DNA from: Acidocella sp. | GTDB lineage: Bacteria > Pseudomonadota > Alphaproteobacteria > Acetobacterales > Acetobacteraceae | NCBI GenBank assembly: GCA_027451225.1 | Contig: DAIDJU010000189.1 | Coordinates: forward strand, 8,289 to 72,288 | Direction of reading: 5' to 3' | DNA length: 64,000 nt | Shown: positions 1 to 10,522 of the stretch, in pieces | Numbering within the stretch: position 1 is the first letter of the stretch | Layout of the letters: each line of letters opens with the position of its first letter | The notes under the pieces: generated by a model | The model's database searches: none | What the model saw: the letters and a program-made list of their open reading frames with translations, nothing else | Told to the model about the DNA's origin: nothing | Made by a program: the position numbers and the translations under genes

Positions 1-965
1 CCGGGAACACCGACGAAGCCGCAAGCCGGGGTGATGGCGACGAGGCCGGCAACCGCGCCGGAGACCGCGCCCAGCAGGCTCGGCTTGCCCTTCACGATCC
101 ACTCAACCAGCGTCCAGGAGACGACGGCGGCGGAGGTGGCGAGGTGGGTGTTGATCATGGCCATGCCAGCCTGACCGCCAGCGGTCAGAGCGGAACCGGC
201 GTTGAAGCCGAACCAGCCCACCCACAGCAGCGCGCCGCCGAGCATGGTGTAGCCCAGATCGGCCGGGGCCATGTTCTCGCGGCCATAGCCAGCGCGCTTG
301 CCGACCATGATGGCGGCGACCAGACCGGCCACGGCGGAGTTGATGTGCACCACGGTGCCGCCGGCGAAGTCCAGCACGCCCGCGACGTTGAGCAGACCGC
401 CCGGGCCCCACACCATGTGCGCCACCGGGCAGTACACGGCGATCAGCCAGATGCCCAGGAAGATCATGGCGGAGGAGAACTTCAGACGGTCAGCCGGGCC
501 GCCCAGGATGAGCACCGGGGTGATGATGGCGAAGGTGCACTGGAACATGGCGAACACGGTCTCGGGGATGGTGCCCGAGAGGCCGTTGAGGCCGGTGCCG
601 CTGAGCATGACGCGGGAGAGGCCGCCGACGAACGGCGCAAGCGGGCCGGAGCCGGCGGTGAAGGCCAGGCTGTAGCCGACGATGACCCACAGCACCGAGA
701 TGAGGCCGGTGGCGAAGAAGCACTGCATAAGCATCGCCAGGATGTTCTTACGGCGCAGCAGGCCGCCGTAATACAGCGCCAGCCCCGGCACCGTCATCAT
801 CAGCACGATCACCGAGGAGATCAGCATCCAGGCGGTGTCGCCCGAATTCAACGTGGGAGTGGTGCTCTGCGCCATGGCGGGCGCGGCACCCGCAACGAGC
901 ATCCCCAGACCTGCCGTGAGCGCCGCCAATTTCGATCGCTTACTCATCGAGTTCATGTTCCTCAT
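1..965 (-). CDS. amtB: Ammonium transporter (runs off left edge)
   Basis: Manual translation: signal-like N-terminus then NSGDTAWMLISS, GLALYYGG, DFAGGTVVH, WFGFNAGS Amt motifs; missing from ORF track because it is truncated. Confidence 0.95.
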   Translation of the reverse strand, partial: MRNMNSMSKRSKLAALTAGLGMLVAGAAPAMAQSTTPTLNSGDTAWMLISSVIVLMMTVPGLALYYGGLLRRKNILAMLMQCFFATGLISVLWVIVGYSLAFTAGSGPLAPFVGGLSRVMLSGTGLNGLSGTIPETVFAMFQCTFAIITPVLILGGPADRLKFSSAMIFLGIWLIAVYCPVAHMVWGPGGLLNVAGVLDFAGGTVVHINSAVAGLVAAIMVGKRAGYGRENMAPADLGYTMLGGALLWVGWFGFNAGSALTAGGQAGMAMINTHLATSAAVVSWTLVEWIVKGKPSLLGAVSGAVAGLVAITPACGFVGVP

Positions 966-1050
966 GTTTCTCTGCCTTGGCGGCCTGGAGCCTGAACAGA
1001 CCGGCAGAGCACTTTGTGGACGGCTCCAAAACGTGACGGATTAACGCAAA

Positions 1051-1066
1051 GCAAAGAGCGTGCCGA
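1051..1066 (-). promoter_or_regulatory. sigma54 -24/-12 promoter for amtB
   Basis: Minus strand TCGGCACGCTCTTTGC, GG-N10-GC spacing, about 85 bp upstream of amtB. Confidence 0.75.
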
Positions 1067-1126
1067 AGCCGGGAGCGCCCGGAATAAAATGATCGCGTAC
1101 CAGCCATACAAACCGCGCGACCCACA

Positions 1127-1166
1127 CGCCCAAATTATAGGCAGAACCTTGCCCAAAATTCCCCCA
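1127..1166. promoter_or_regulatory. Tandem NtrC-like enhancer sites
   Basis: CGCCC-AAATTAT-AGGCA (1127-1143) and TGCCC-AAAATTC half site (1150-1166), upstream of the sigma54 promoter. Confidence 0.5.
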
Positions 1167-1253
1167 AAGCAACCAATGCCGTATCCGCCCCGGGGGTTGG
1201 CGGCGCGGCGGGGCTCTGGCAGAGTACCGGCCTCACAACCAAAGAGGGGCGGC

Positions 1254-2438
1254 ATGACGACCACCCATGATATCGCGATTATCGGCGCCGGCCCGGTGGG
1301 CGGCACTCTGGCCCTGGCCCTGGCCGCGCGCGGCTGGCGCGTGCTGCTGGTGGACAAGGCCGACCTCTCCCCCATGGAGGACGCGGATTTCGACGGCCGC
1401 GCCTACGCCATCGCCGCGGGCAGCAAGACGGTGATGGACTGGGCGGACATCTGGGACAAACAGCCCTACGCCCCCTGCCCCATTCTCGATATCGACGTGA
1501 CCGACGGCAAACTCGGCCGCCCGCCCTCCCCGCTGAAGCTGCATTTCGACCACCGCGTCGTGGGCGAGGACCCGTTCGGCTGGATCATCGAGGCCCGCTC
1601 GATCCGCATCGCACTTAACAACAGGCTGCACGAGGCCGAGAACCTGACCCTGCGCGCCCCGGCCGAAGCCGTGGTGGAGCGCGGCGCCGAGCAAGTGCGC
1701 CTGAGCATCGGCGCGGAAGAGTTCACGGCCAAGCTGGTGGTCGCCGCCGAAGGGCGTAAATCCCCGCTGCGCGAGCAGGCCCGCATCGGCCTCACCCGCC
1801 TGCCGTACCATCAGACGGCGGTGATCTTCGCCATCGCCCACGAGAAACCGCATAACGGCGTGGCGCTGGAGCATTTCCTGCCCGGCGGCCCCTTTGCCGC
1901 ACTGCCGATGACCGGCACGCCCGAGCATCCCAACCTCTCCGCCGTGGTGTTCACCGAGCGCGACGCCACCGCGCAGAAGCTCTACGCCATGGAGCCGGAG
2001 CCCTTCCTGCACGAGGTGGAGAAGCGGCTGAACAACCGGCTGGGGGCGCTCGCCCTGGCCGGGCGGCGCTGGCTGTACCCGCTCTCGGCGCAATACGCCG
2101 CGCGGTATTACGACACGCGCCTCGTGCTGGTGGGCGATGCCGCGCATGGCGTACACCCCATCGCGGGCCAGGGGCTGAATCTCGGGTATCAGGACGCCGA
2201 GGCGCTGGTGCGGATTCTGGAGGGCGCGGAAGACCCCGGCGCTCCGGCGCTGCTGGCGCGCTATCAGGCGGCGCGGCGGCCCATCAACATGGCCATGCTG
2301 CTAGGCATGGACACGCTGGACCGGCTGTTCTCCACGAACTTCCCGCCCATCCGCCTGGCGCGCGACCTCGGCCTGGCGGCGGTGGAACGCATGCCCCGGC
2401 TGAAGAAACGCTTCATGCTGGCGGCCATGGGTCGGTGA
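1254..2438 (+). CDS. UbiH/UbiF/VisC-family FAD-dependent hydroxylase
   Basis: IIGAGPVG, VVAAEG, LVGDAAHGVHPIAGQGLNLG motifs; start at MTTTHD after GAGGGG. Confidence 0.9.
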   Translation: MTTTHDIAIIGAGPVGGTLALALAARGWRVLLVDKADLSPMEDADFDGRAYAIAAGSKTVMDWADIWDKQPYAPCPILDIDVTDGKLGRPPSPLKLHFDHRVVGEDPFGWIIEARSIRIALNNRLHEAENLTLRAPAEAVVERGAEQVRLSIGAEEFTAKLVVAAEGRKSPLREQARIGLTRLPYHQTAVIFAIAHEKPHNGVALEHFLPGGPFAALPMTGTPEHPNLSAVVFTERDATAQKLYAMEPEPFLHEVEKRLNNRLGALALAGRRWLYPLSAQYAARYYDTRLVLVGDAAHGVHPIAGQGLNLGYQDAEALVRILEGAEDPGAPALLARYQAARRPINMAMLLGMDTLDRLFSTNFPPIRLARDLGLAAVERMPRLKKRFMLAAMGR

Positions 2439-2445
2439 GGCGGTG

Positions 2446-2472
2446 GGTAAGGGGGCGAAACACTCCCTTACC
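2446..2472. terminator. Stem-loop after hydroxylase gene
   Basis: GGTAAGGG-N11-CCCTTACC; weak T tract. Confidence 0.4.
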
Positions 2473-2535
2473 ATTAAATTCCTCTTACTGCTGAAAAATT
2501 AGTCGCCCGGGCGGCTTGGCGGGTTACAAAGGCTT

Positions 2536-4302
2536 ATGCCTGTCACCCTCGTCGTCCTGCTTGCCGCTATTGTCATCGCCGTGCCCCTGGCGCGTTACGC
2601 CGGGCTGGGGAGCATCCTTGGCTATCTCGCGGCGGGCGTGGTCATCGGCCCCGCCTGCCTGGGGTTGGTGACGGACAGCCACGCCATAGGCGAAACCGCC
2701 GAGCTGGGCGTGACCATGCTGCTCTTCCTCATCGGGCTGGAACTGCGCCCGCACCGCTTGTGGATTTTGCGCAAGGCGATCTTCGGGCTGGGGCTCGGGC
2801 AGATGCTGCCCACGGCGCTTATCATCGGCGGGCTGACTTATCTCTGCGGCATCTCCATCGCCGACGCCGTGGTGCTGGGCATCGGCTTCGCGCTTTCCTC
2901 CACGGCCATCGTGCTGCCCATGCTCAACGAGCGCAAGCTGCTGCCCTCCATTCCGGGGCGCGACGCCTTCGCCGTGCTGCTGTTCCAGGACATGGCGGCC
3001 ATACCCGTGCTGGCCCTGCTGCCCATGCTGGCCCAGGGCGGCATGGCCGGGAATATCTCCTGGCTCGCGGTACTGCGCGGCGTTGCCGTGGTGGCGGGCA
3101 TATTGCTGGCGGGCACCATCGCCGTGCGCCCGCTCTTCCGCATGGTGGGCTACGCCAAGTCGCGCGAGTTGTTCACCGCCACGGCGCTGCTGCTGGTGGT
3201 GGGCACCGCCGCCCTGGCCGAATGGGCGGGGCTGTCCGCCTCGCTCGGCGCGTTCATGGCGGGTGTGATGGTCTCGGACTCGGAATACCGGCACGAGATC
3301 CAGGCCAATATCGAGCCCTTCGAGGGGCTGCTCCTCGGCTTCTTCTTCATCTCGGTCGGCATGTCGGCCGATATCGGGCTGCTGCTGAGCCACCCGGCGC
3401 TGGTCCTGGCGCTGGTCGCGGCGTTGGTGGCGTTGAAGGCGGCAATCGGCTTCGCCGTCAGCTATATCCGCCGCCGCCTCACGGGCTCGGCGCTGCGCTT
3501 TGGCCTCTCTCTCTCCGAGGGCAGCGAGTTCAGCTTCGTCCTCTTCGCCGCCGCGGTGGCGGACAAGGCGCTGGGCCAGTCTTTGGCGGACACGGCAACG
3601 CTGGTGGTCGCACTCTCGATGATGGCGACCCCGGTGCTCTTCGCCGCCGCGGAGCGCTTCGTGGTGCCCAAGCTGGAAGCCGCCAAGCCCAGGCCATTCG
3701 ACAAGATCTCCCCCGCCCCGGTGGACGAGGAAGTGCCGGTGATCATCTGCGGCTTCGGTCGGTTCGGGCAGATCACCGGGCGCGTGCTCTCGATGCAGCG
3801 CATCCGCTTCACCGCGCTGGACTGGAGCCAGGAGCAGGTGGACGTGGTGCGCCGCTTCGGCGGCAAGGTATTCTTCGGCGACCCGATGCGCGAGGAGGTG
3901 ATGCGCGCCGCCGGGGCCGAGGACGCGCGCGTCCTGGTCATCGCGCTGGACGACATGGAAGCCTCACTGGCCGTGGTGCAGATGGTGCGGCGCAAATTCC
4001 CGCATCTGCGTATCGCGGCACGGGCGCGCAACCGCCGCCATGTGCATCTGCTGATGGCGGCCGGGGTGGAGATCATCGTGCGCGAGACCTTCCACTCCAG
4101 CCTGCGCCTGACCGAGCTGCTGCTGGAGGAGCTGGACGTGCCGGAGGACCAGGCGCACCGGGCAATCGAGCTGTTCCGCGAGCATGACGAGAAGCTGCTG
4201 GCGGAGACCTATGCCGTCGCCGATGACGAGGAACAGCTGATCCAGACCGTGCAGGACGCGAACAGGGAGTTGCTGGACCTGTTCGAGTCCGACAAGAGCT
4301 AA
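2536..4302 (+). CDS. CPA2-family K+/H+ antiporter, KefB/KefC-like, with C-terminal KTN domain
   Basis: Multiple TM helices, GAFMAGVMVSDSEYRHE, then IICGFGRFGQ. Confidence 0.92.
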   Translation: MPVTLVVLLAAIVIAVPLARYAGLGSILGYLAAGVVIGPACLGLVTDSHAIGETAELGVTMLLFLIGLELRPHRLWILRKAIFGLGLGQMLPTALIIGGLTYLCGISIADAVVLGIGFALSSTAIVLPMLNERKLLPSIPGRDAFAVLLFQDMAAIPVLALLPMLAQGGMAGNISWLAVLRGVAVVAGILLAGTIAVRPLFRMVGYAKSRELFTATALLLVVGTAALAEWAGLSASLGAFMAGVMVSDSEYRHEIQANIEPFEGLLLGFFFISVGMSADIGLLLSHPALVLALVAALVALKAAIGFAVSYIRRRLTGSALRFGLSLSEGSEFSFVLFAAAVADKALGQSLADTATLVVALSMMATPVLFAAAERFVVPKLEAAKPRPFDKISPAPVDEEVPVIICGFGRFGQITGRVLSMQRIRFTALDWSQEQVDVVRRFGGKVFFGDPMREEVMRAAGAEDARVLVIALDDMEASLAVVQMVRRKFPHLRIAARARNRRHVHLLMAAGVEIIVRETFHSSLRLTELLLEELDVPEDQAHRAIELFREHDEKLLAETYAVADDEEQLIQTVQDANRELLDLFESDKS

Positions 4303-4366
4303 AACAACCTCAACGCGCCGCACGTTGCGTTCGGCAAAGCTGCCGCCCTTACCCAGCCCGAGCGGA

Positions 4367-5368
4367 TTAGGAGGGAAATGGCACCATGCAGCCCGAGGCT
4401 TCATCCCAAAGGGCATAGCTGGGGGCTTTGAAGGCCTCGCGCAGGGTGAGCACCCTTACCGCCTTCATCTCCTCGGCAAAATTATCCTGACAAGCCTGTA
4501 GACGATAGTTCGGGATGCCGGGGCGCAGGTGATGGATATGGTGCAAACCAATATCCGCGCTGAACCAGCGCATGATGCGCGGCAGTTTCAGATACGATGT
4601 CGCATGCAAGGACGCCTGATTGAAGGTCCAATCGCTCCCTCTCGTCCATTGCGCAGTCTCGAACCGATGCTGCACCGCGAACAGCCAGATGCCGATGATG
4701 GAGGCCATCGCCATGGCGGGCAGCTGCACCAGCGCAACACTCTTTGCGCCGAAAATGGCGATCAACGGCGCGAATATGCCCATGAGCGCGATGTTCAGCA
4801 GGTAAACGCTGCGGCGCTCGCGCCGGAAAGATGCAGGGGTATCAAAAGGCAAGCGGTACAGCAGGATGAAAATGACCGGCGGCAGCAGGAAGTGAATCAA
4901 CGCCGGATGATGCGATACACGGTACAGAAATTTCGCCCCGGGACGGAGAGCATCGTATTCCGCCAGTGTCAGGCAATCCGAAAAAAAGTCAGCCGGAATG
5001 CCACGATTATCGAGATCGTTCCAGCTTTTGTGATGCCGCGCATGCAGACGGCGCCAATAAACGAAGGGCGTCAACGTCACCAGGCTGCAGGCAACGCCGA
5101 CAATCTTGTTCATGCGGTGCGATGGAAACAGCGAGTTGTGGCCGCAATCATGCTGGAGCATGAAAATGCGGACGATCAGGCCGCTTGCCGGCAGGGCGAG
5201 TGCCAATGTTAACCAAACAGAAACATGCAAAGCCGCATACATCGCCGCGATACAGGCTATGTAGAGGCCAAATGCTGAAGCGGTCTGCCAAGCCGCGGCA
5301 CCGAACGCGGGGGTCTGGTAGGCGCGTAGCATCGACGGCTTAAGGTCTTCGGTCGGCGGGCACCGCAT
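4367..5368 (-). CDS. Membrane fatty acid desaturase
   Basis: Three His boxes HDCGH, HARHH, HHIHH; start uncertain (5368 or 5332); lower GC than flanks. Confidence 0.88.
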   Translation of the reverse strand: MRCPPTEDLKPSMLRAYQTPAFGAAAWQTASAFGLYIACIAAMYAALHVSVWLTLALALPASGLIVRIFMLQHDCGHNSLFPSHRMNKIVGVACSLVTLTPFVYWRRLHARHHKSWNDLDNRGIPADFFSDCLTLAEYDALRPGAKFLYRVSHHPALIHFLLPPVIFILLYRLPFDTPASFRRERRSVYLLNIALMGIFAPLIAIFGAKSVALVQLPAMAMASIIGIWLFAVQHRFETAQWTRGSDWTFNQASLHATSYLKLPRIMRWFSADIGLHHIHHLRPGIPNYRLQACQDNFAEEMKAVRVLTLREAFKAPSYALWDEASGCMVPFPS

Positions 5369-5561
5369 AACGACTTGAGTTCCTGGACTTTTTATATCAA
5401 CCCTGTATCCTTTGATGATCAAAGGCGGTCCAGGCAAATATTTATAGCTCCATAGGCCAGGATTCTTGGTGCAATGCAACCGCGGCTGCCTAAAAGATGC
5501 CATCCGGCCGGCGAGCGCATCCGTTGGAAAAAGCCGCCCCCGCGCCGAGGCTGTTATCTCA

Positions 5562-7385
5562 TCACTCTCCCAGCCCGCTCGCAATCGTCTTGAAAATCTG
5601 CGCCGGAAGCGTGCCGCCCAACACCTTGTTGGTGGGGGAGTTGTCGTCATTGCCCAGCCAGACGGCGATGACATCCCCCCCCGCATAGCCGATGAACCAG
5701 GCGTCGCGGTAATCCTGCGTCGTGCCGGTTTTGCCCGCGGTGTAGATGTTGGGAATGAACGCCGCCTTGCCGGTGCCGCCGGTCACCACGGCGCGCATCA
5801 TCTGCGCCACCGCCTGGGCTTGGCCGGCATCCACCACCGGCACCGGGGCCGGGTGCGGGGCGGGCGCGCCGTTGATGGTGGTGACGGCATAGGGCGTCAC
5901 CCGCTCACCGCCATTAAAGAAGGTGGCGTAAGCCCCGGCCATTTGCAGCACGCCCACGGCACCCGTGCCGAGCGCCATGGTCGCGTCGTCGGGGAAGTTA
6001 TCGTTAAGCCCCAGCAGCCGGGCGACGGCGATAACGCGCTTCGCCCCGCCCGCGCGCAGCAGGATGCGGATGGCGGCGGTGTTCATTGAATCCGCCAGCG
6101 CCTCGGTCATCGTCACCTCGCCCCGGTAACCGGCCTCGTAGTCATGCGGGTGGTAGCCGTGCAGATAGAGTGGACCGTCGAGCACGGTGTCGCCCGGCGA
6201 CATGCCCGCCCGCAGCCCCGCCAGCCAGACGATGGGCTTGATCGCCGAGCCAGTCTGCCGCCGCGCGAGTGTGGCCCGGTTATAGCCCTCGCGGTTGCCC
6301 ACCCCGCCGATGAGCGCGCGCACCGCCCCGGTCCTGGCCTCCAGCACCACCACCGCGCCCTGCGAGATGTTCAGCGCCGGGCCTTGCAGGGTAAGGGCGG
6401 CGTCCAGCGATGTCTCGGCGGCCTTTTGCAGTGCCGGGTTGAGCGTGGTGGCGAAGGTAATGTCCTCGCCCTCGGGGATCTGCGCGCTCTCCTGCTGCAT
6501 CACCCAGAGCGCGAACCAGGAGGTGCGAGAGACCGGCTGCGCCGCGGCGGCCAGTTGGGCCTCGGCCGTGTTCTCCTGCTCGGGGCTGATGGCCTGGGTG
6601 GCGACCATATCGTCCAGCACCTGGGTGGCGCGGTTGGCGGCGGCCTCGGGGTTGGCCAGCGGGTTGAGGCTGGAGGGCGCCTTGGGCAGCCCGGCCAGAA
6701 TGGCCGCCTGGGCGATGGAGAGCTGTGTCGCCGGAATACCAAAGTAAAGCCGGGCGGCGGCGTCCACGCCATACGCGCCCTCGCCCAGATACACGCGGTT
6801 GAGATAGATGCCGAGGATCTCGTCCGGCGTGTAGTGGCGGGTGAGCCAGAGGGCGAGCACCGCCTCCTGCACCTTGCGGCGGAAGGTGCGCTCATTGCCC
6901 AGGAACAGGGTTTTGGCCACCTGCTGGGTGATGCTGGACCCGCCCTGCATCACGCGGCGGTGGACGAGATCAGTCACCAAGGCGCGGGCGAGGCCCTGAG
7001 TGTCGAACGCGCCATGCTCGTAATAGCGCTTGTCCTCGATGGCGATAAACGCCGCAGGCACGTAGGGCGGCAAGGCAGAGGGCAGCACCACCTGGCCCGA
7101 GGCATCGCCAAACCGCGCGGCAAGCTGGCCCGAGGGGTCGAGCAGCCGGATGGCCGGGCGGCGCGGGGTGGTGACGGCGGTGGCGGGGTTCGGCATGTCC
7201 CAGGTGAACCAGAGCCCGGCCAGGAACAAAAACAGCCCGCCCCAGATGCCGCCGATGATCAGCAGCCGCGTCACCGCCCACCCCCGGCGCAGGTTGCGGG
7301 CGAGGGTTTTGGGCTTGGGGGCCGCTTGTGGCTTGCCCTTGGGCTTCGGCTGAGTGGCGGGCGGTTGCGGCTTGGCGCGGGGCAT
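5562..7385 (-). CDS. Bifunctional transglycosylase/transpeptidase (PBP1A family)
   Basis: IEDKRY, QGGSSITQQVAK, RKVQE, SAIK, SMN, KTGT motifs. Confidence 0.93.
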   Translation of the reverse strand: MPRAKPQPPATQPKPKGKPQAAPKPKTLARNLRRGWAVTRLLIIGGIWGGLFLFLAGLWFTWDMPNPATAVTTPRRPAIRLLDPSGQLAARFGDASGQVVLPSALPPYVPAAFIAIEDKRYYEHGAFDTQGLARALVTDLVHRRVMQGGSSITQQVAKTLFLGNERTFRRKVQEAVLALWLTRHYTPDEILGIYLNRVYLGEGAYGVDAAARLYFGIPATQLSIAQAAILAGLPKAPSSLNPLANPEAAANRATQVLDDMVATQAISPEQENTAEAQLAAAAQPVSRTSWFALWVMQQESAQIPEGEDITFATTLNPALQKAAETSLDAALTLQGPALNISQGAVVVLEARTGAVRALIGGVGNREGYNRATLARRQTGSAIKPIVWLAGLRAGMSPGDTVLDGPLYLHGYHPHDYEAGYRGEVTMTEALADSMNTAAIRILLRAGGAKRVIAVARLLGLNDNFPDDATMALGTGAVGVLQMAGAYATFFNGGERVTPYAVTTINGAPAPHPAPVPVVDAGQAQAVAQMMRAVVTGGTGKAAFIPNIYTAGKTGTTQDYRDAWFIGYAGGDVIAVWLGNDDNSPTNKVLGGTLPAQIFKTIASGLGE

Positions 7386-7466
7386 GGCGCAGAGGTGCCA
7401 AGCCTGCCGTTGGCGGTCAACGGGTTATTGCCCCGAACCGCCCCTTTGGGTTACGTGGAGGAGGTT

Positions 7467-7553
7467 GCGGGTGTGGCGGAATGGTAGACGCACCGGACTT
7501 AAAATCCGTTGGGGCTTTGCCCTGTGGGGGTTCGAGTCCCCCCACCCGCACCA
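7467..7553 (+). tRNA. tRNA-Leu (anticodon UAA)
   Basis: GCGGGTG acceptor stem, GGTAGAC D loop, CTTAAAA anticodon loop, long variable arm, TTCGAGT, encoded CCA. Confidence 0.95.
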
Positions 7554-7874
7554 TCCCCCCTCACACGCCTTCCGCGCAAGAGCAAATTATCGCTTGTGCA
7601 CAAACACATCAGCCTGGATTTCTAACGACCAGAAAACAAATGAACGCCTAAATAAAGATGCATAAACAAACCAAGAATTACTCTGATCACGATTAATTTA
7701 CACCACAAGAAATCAACGAATATTTTAAAAATATCACTGATGAATCCTAAGCCTTATCGTTATTGACACTGAATCAATGTTACAGTGTTTTTCGGCACGT
7801 TACATTTTCTTCATTGTCAAAAATCATCATGCCCCATAGTTAACTCAACTCGCTCGAGGACGCGGGGCATCATT

Positions 7875-9980
7875 ATGTTAGATTTTTTATACGAGCATAT
7901 CTCCGCCTTTTTATCCAAGCTCACCACCTCCCGGCGCGCAGGCATCGCGATGATGTTTGCCCTGAGCATGCCTATGCTTTTGGTGGTTACAGGATTGAGC
8001 GTAGATGTCGGCTACTGGTACCAGAACCAGACGGCACTGCAATCGGCGGCCGACGCGGCAGCCATGGCGGCGGCCATGAATGATTCCCGCCTTGGGCAGA
8101 GCACCAATGACAGCAAACGCCAGGCGGCTCTCCCTTACGCCAAATCCATGGCCGACGCCGCGACCAACCAGCAATTCGGTTTTGTCAGCGGCACGCCTGG
8201 AACTTCGCTTACGCTTGCCGCCAATATCGGCTCGGCGCAGACCGTCAACAGTGCGAGCGTCACCACGACAACCTACACGGCCACGGCCTCCGCGCCGCGC
8301 CCGGCCTTTTTCTCGTCTGTCAGCGGCCCTGGTTTCCAAGGGTTAAGCGCCGGCACGCAAAGCGCCAGCGCAACAGCCTCTCTCCTGACCACCACTTCGA
8401 ACAGCAGTGGCGGATGCCTGATAACACTCGGCACCACCGGCACCGACATTTACCTGACAGGCGGCGCCAAGATCGACGCCTCCGGCTGCACCGGCACCGG
8501 TATCGTCTCCAACTCGACATCCTCCTGCAACAGCAGCACCGGCACGGGATCAATCTCGGTCAACCCCTCGGCCACCATCGTCACCTCGTCGGTTGAGTCC
8601 GCCGGCTGCGTGTATGTAAACACCAATGGCGGCGCCAAGATCGTTAACGCCTCGGGCGGCGGCGCCAGTTACAGCACGGGCAGCGGCGCCGATCCCTACG
8701 CGACCCTCGCCGCCGCTGGTTTTCCCAAATGGCCAAGCCAGCCAAGCCAGCCGAGCCTCAGCAATACGGTCGCAACCTCGGCTTTTTCTCTTGGCTATGT
8801 GAAATCCTATTCCTACGCCTATGCCGGTTGCAGCCCCGATTACGCGGCACAATGCTGGCTCTACCCGTATGAGTTCAGCGGCGCCCTCAACCCCAATGTC
8901 GTCTCGCTCGAGTTGCGTGACGGCAGCGATGCCTCCAGTTACGATTCCACCTACGTGTTCACCAGCGGCTTCAAAACCAGCAACGGCACGCTGACCTTCG
9001 ACAGTACAAGTTCTATCCCCGCCACCTATTATTTCCAGGGTGCCACCAGCACCAAGAAGAACGTCACGACTCTCTCCGGCTACGGACTGGAACTCAGTTC
9101 TCCCACCATTACCTGGGGTAAGGGGGGCGTGTATTACTTCAATGGCGGCTGGGCGGTCGATGGCAGTTCCCCCACCATGACGGTGGGTACCAGCACCATG
9201 CTCTCCACCGCTTATAGCGGTGCCTCCAACGGCGCCACCTATCTGCAGGAAGGCAATATCACCTTCGGCGGCGGCACTTACTACTTCGATGGCGGGCTGG
9301 TGATCGGCGGCAGCGGCAACGTCACCTTCGGGCCGGGCATCTATTACATCGTCAACGGCCCCTTTTCCGTAACCAATGGCGGCACGCTCACCGCCAATGG
9401 CGCCACCTTCGTGCTCGAAGGCACATCCTATTATGCCTTCAACGGCGGCACCAACCTCACACTCTCAGCTCCCGTGGCTAACAGCGCCACCAACCCCACC
9501 AATTGCGTGCTGCCCTTCTCCTCCGGCAGCACCACGGGCACGCCCTATCCGCAAACCACCTACGCGATCGACAATACCCTCGTCACAGCCACACCGACTT
9601 ACGGCACGCCCATCACCACCAATGCCGGCTCCGGGTATCCGGGCAAGCCGTACCCGTGGGATGGCACTAACGGCAAAGGCATTTGCGGCGTACTGATTTA
9701 CCAGACACCGACCGACAGCTCGACCGACTACATCACCGAGGGCACGACCAACACGGTCAATGGCATCATCTACACCCCGGCAGCGGCACTCACCATGTCC
9801 GGCGCAGGCTCCATGAAGGCCGGCACCAATTCCGACGGCACAGCCGGAACACTTGCCATCATCTCCAACAGCATCTCGCTCACGGGCAGCGCCAACCTCA
9901 CGCTGTCCACGGGCTCCAGCACCTCGAATTACGGCCTGAGTTCCTCGACCACCACCAGCCAGATTCTGCTGACAAACTGA
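7875..9980 (+). CDS. TadG-like large minor pilin / putative adhesin (701 aa)
   Basis: RRAGIAMMFAL..SVDVG..LQSAADAAAMAAA Tad N-terminus; Ser/Thr/Gly-rich body with repeated GxYY motifs. Confidence 0.8.
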   Translation: MLDFLYEHISAFLSKLTTSRRAGIAMMFALSMPMLLVVTGLSVDVGYWYQNQTALQSAADAAAMAAAMNDSRLGQSTNDSKRQAALPYAKSMADAATNQQFGFVSGTPGTSLTLAANIGSAQTVNSASVTTTTYTATASAPRPAFFSSVSGPGFQGLSAGTQSASATASLLTTTSNSSGGCLITLGTTGTDIYLTGGAKIDASGCTGTGIVSNSTSSCNSSTGTGSISVNPSATIVTSSVESAGCVYVNTNGGAKIVNASGGGASYSTGSGADPYATLAAAGFPKWPSQPSQPSLSNTVATSAFSLGYVKSYSYAYAGCSPDYAAQCWLYPYEFSGALNPNVVSLELRDGSDASSYDSTYVFTSGFKTSNGTLTFDSTSSIPATYYFQGATSTKKNVTTLSGYGLELSSPTITWGKGGVYYFNGGWAVDGSSPTMTVGTSTMLSTAYSGASNGATYLQEGNITFGGGTYYFDGGLVIGGSGNVTFGPGIYYIVNGPFSVTNGGTLTANGATFVLEGTSYYAFNGGTNLTLSAPVANSATNPTNCVLPFSSGSTTGTPYPQTTYAIDNTLVTATPTYGTPITTNAGSGYPGKPYPWDGTNGKGICGVLIYQTPTDSSTDYITEGTTNTVNGIIYTPAAALTMSGAGSMKAGTNSDGTAGTLAIISNSISLTGSANLTLSTGSSTSNYGLSSSTTTSQILLTN

Positions 9981-10522
9981 TGCCAAACAGCTCTCCCCAA
10001 ACGCTACGCGCCAGGTTTGCCACCCTTCTCCGCGCCCGCTCCGCCGCCGCCGCGGTTGAGTTCGCACTGATGGGCCTTGCCACTTTCGCGTTTTTCTTCG
10101 CCATCCTCAATCTCGGCCTGCTGGGCTTCACGCTCTCAACGCTGCAACGCGCCGTGGAGATGGCCTCCCGCACCGCCGCGGTGAACGCCACTGTCGCGGG
10201 CAGCAGCACCGGCTCGGGCGTCTGCCCTACGGTTTCCGATGTTACCGGGTATTTCAATCGATATATGGGACACATGATCCCCAAGGTGGGAGCCGCCAAT
10301 GGGCCCACCCTGACCTTTTACACCAATGCCTCCGGCACACCGGCCTCTTTCAGCGGCCCATGGGTGAACAGCACCTCCGCCGCGCCCACCGGCACCTACA
10401 TCGCTCTTGGCGCCAGCTATACCTGGTCGCCAATCGGCTTCGCCGAATTGGCCTCGATCCCTCTCACCATCAAAACCATTGCTTTCGCCATGGGCTCGCC
10501 CTCATGCTCAAACGACGACTAG
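9980..10522 (+). CDS. TadE-like pseudopilin
   Basis: RSAAAAVEFAL plus hydrophobic helix; start overlaps tadG stop (TGATG). Confidence 0.8.
   Translation: MPNSSPQTLRARFATLLRARSAAAAVEFALMGLATFAFFFAILNLGLLGFTLSTLQRAVEMASRTAAVNATVAGSSTGSGVCPTVSDVTGYFNRYMGHMIPKVGAANGPTLTFYTNASGTPASFSGPWVNSTSAAPTGTYIALGASYTWSPIGFAELASIPLTIKTIAFAMGSPSCSNDD

Noticed and set aside
7763-7777. TTGAC-ACTGA-ATCAA as an FNR box for tadG
   Set aside because: Five-base spacer, not four; AT-rich context favors chance
8732-8756. CCAAGCCAG short tandem repeat in tadG as phase-variation tract
   Set aside because: 9-bp unit (PSQ x3) is in frame and only three imperfect copies
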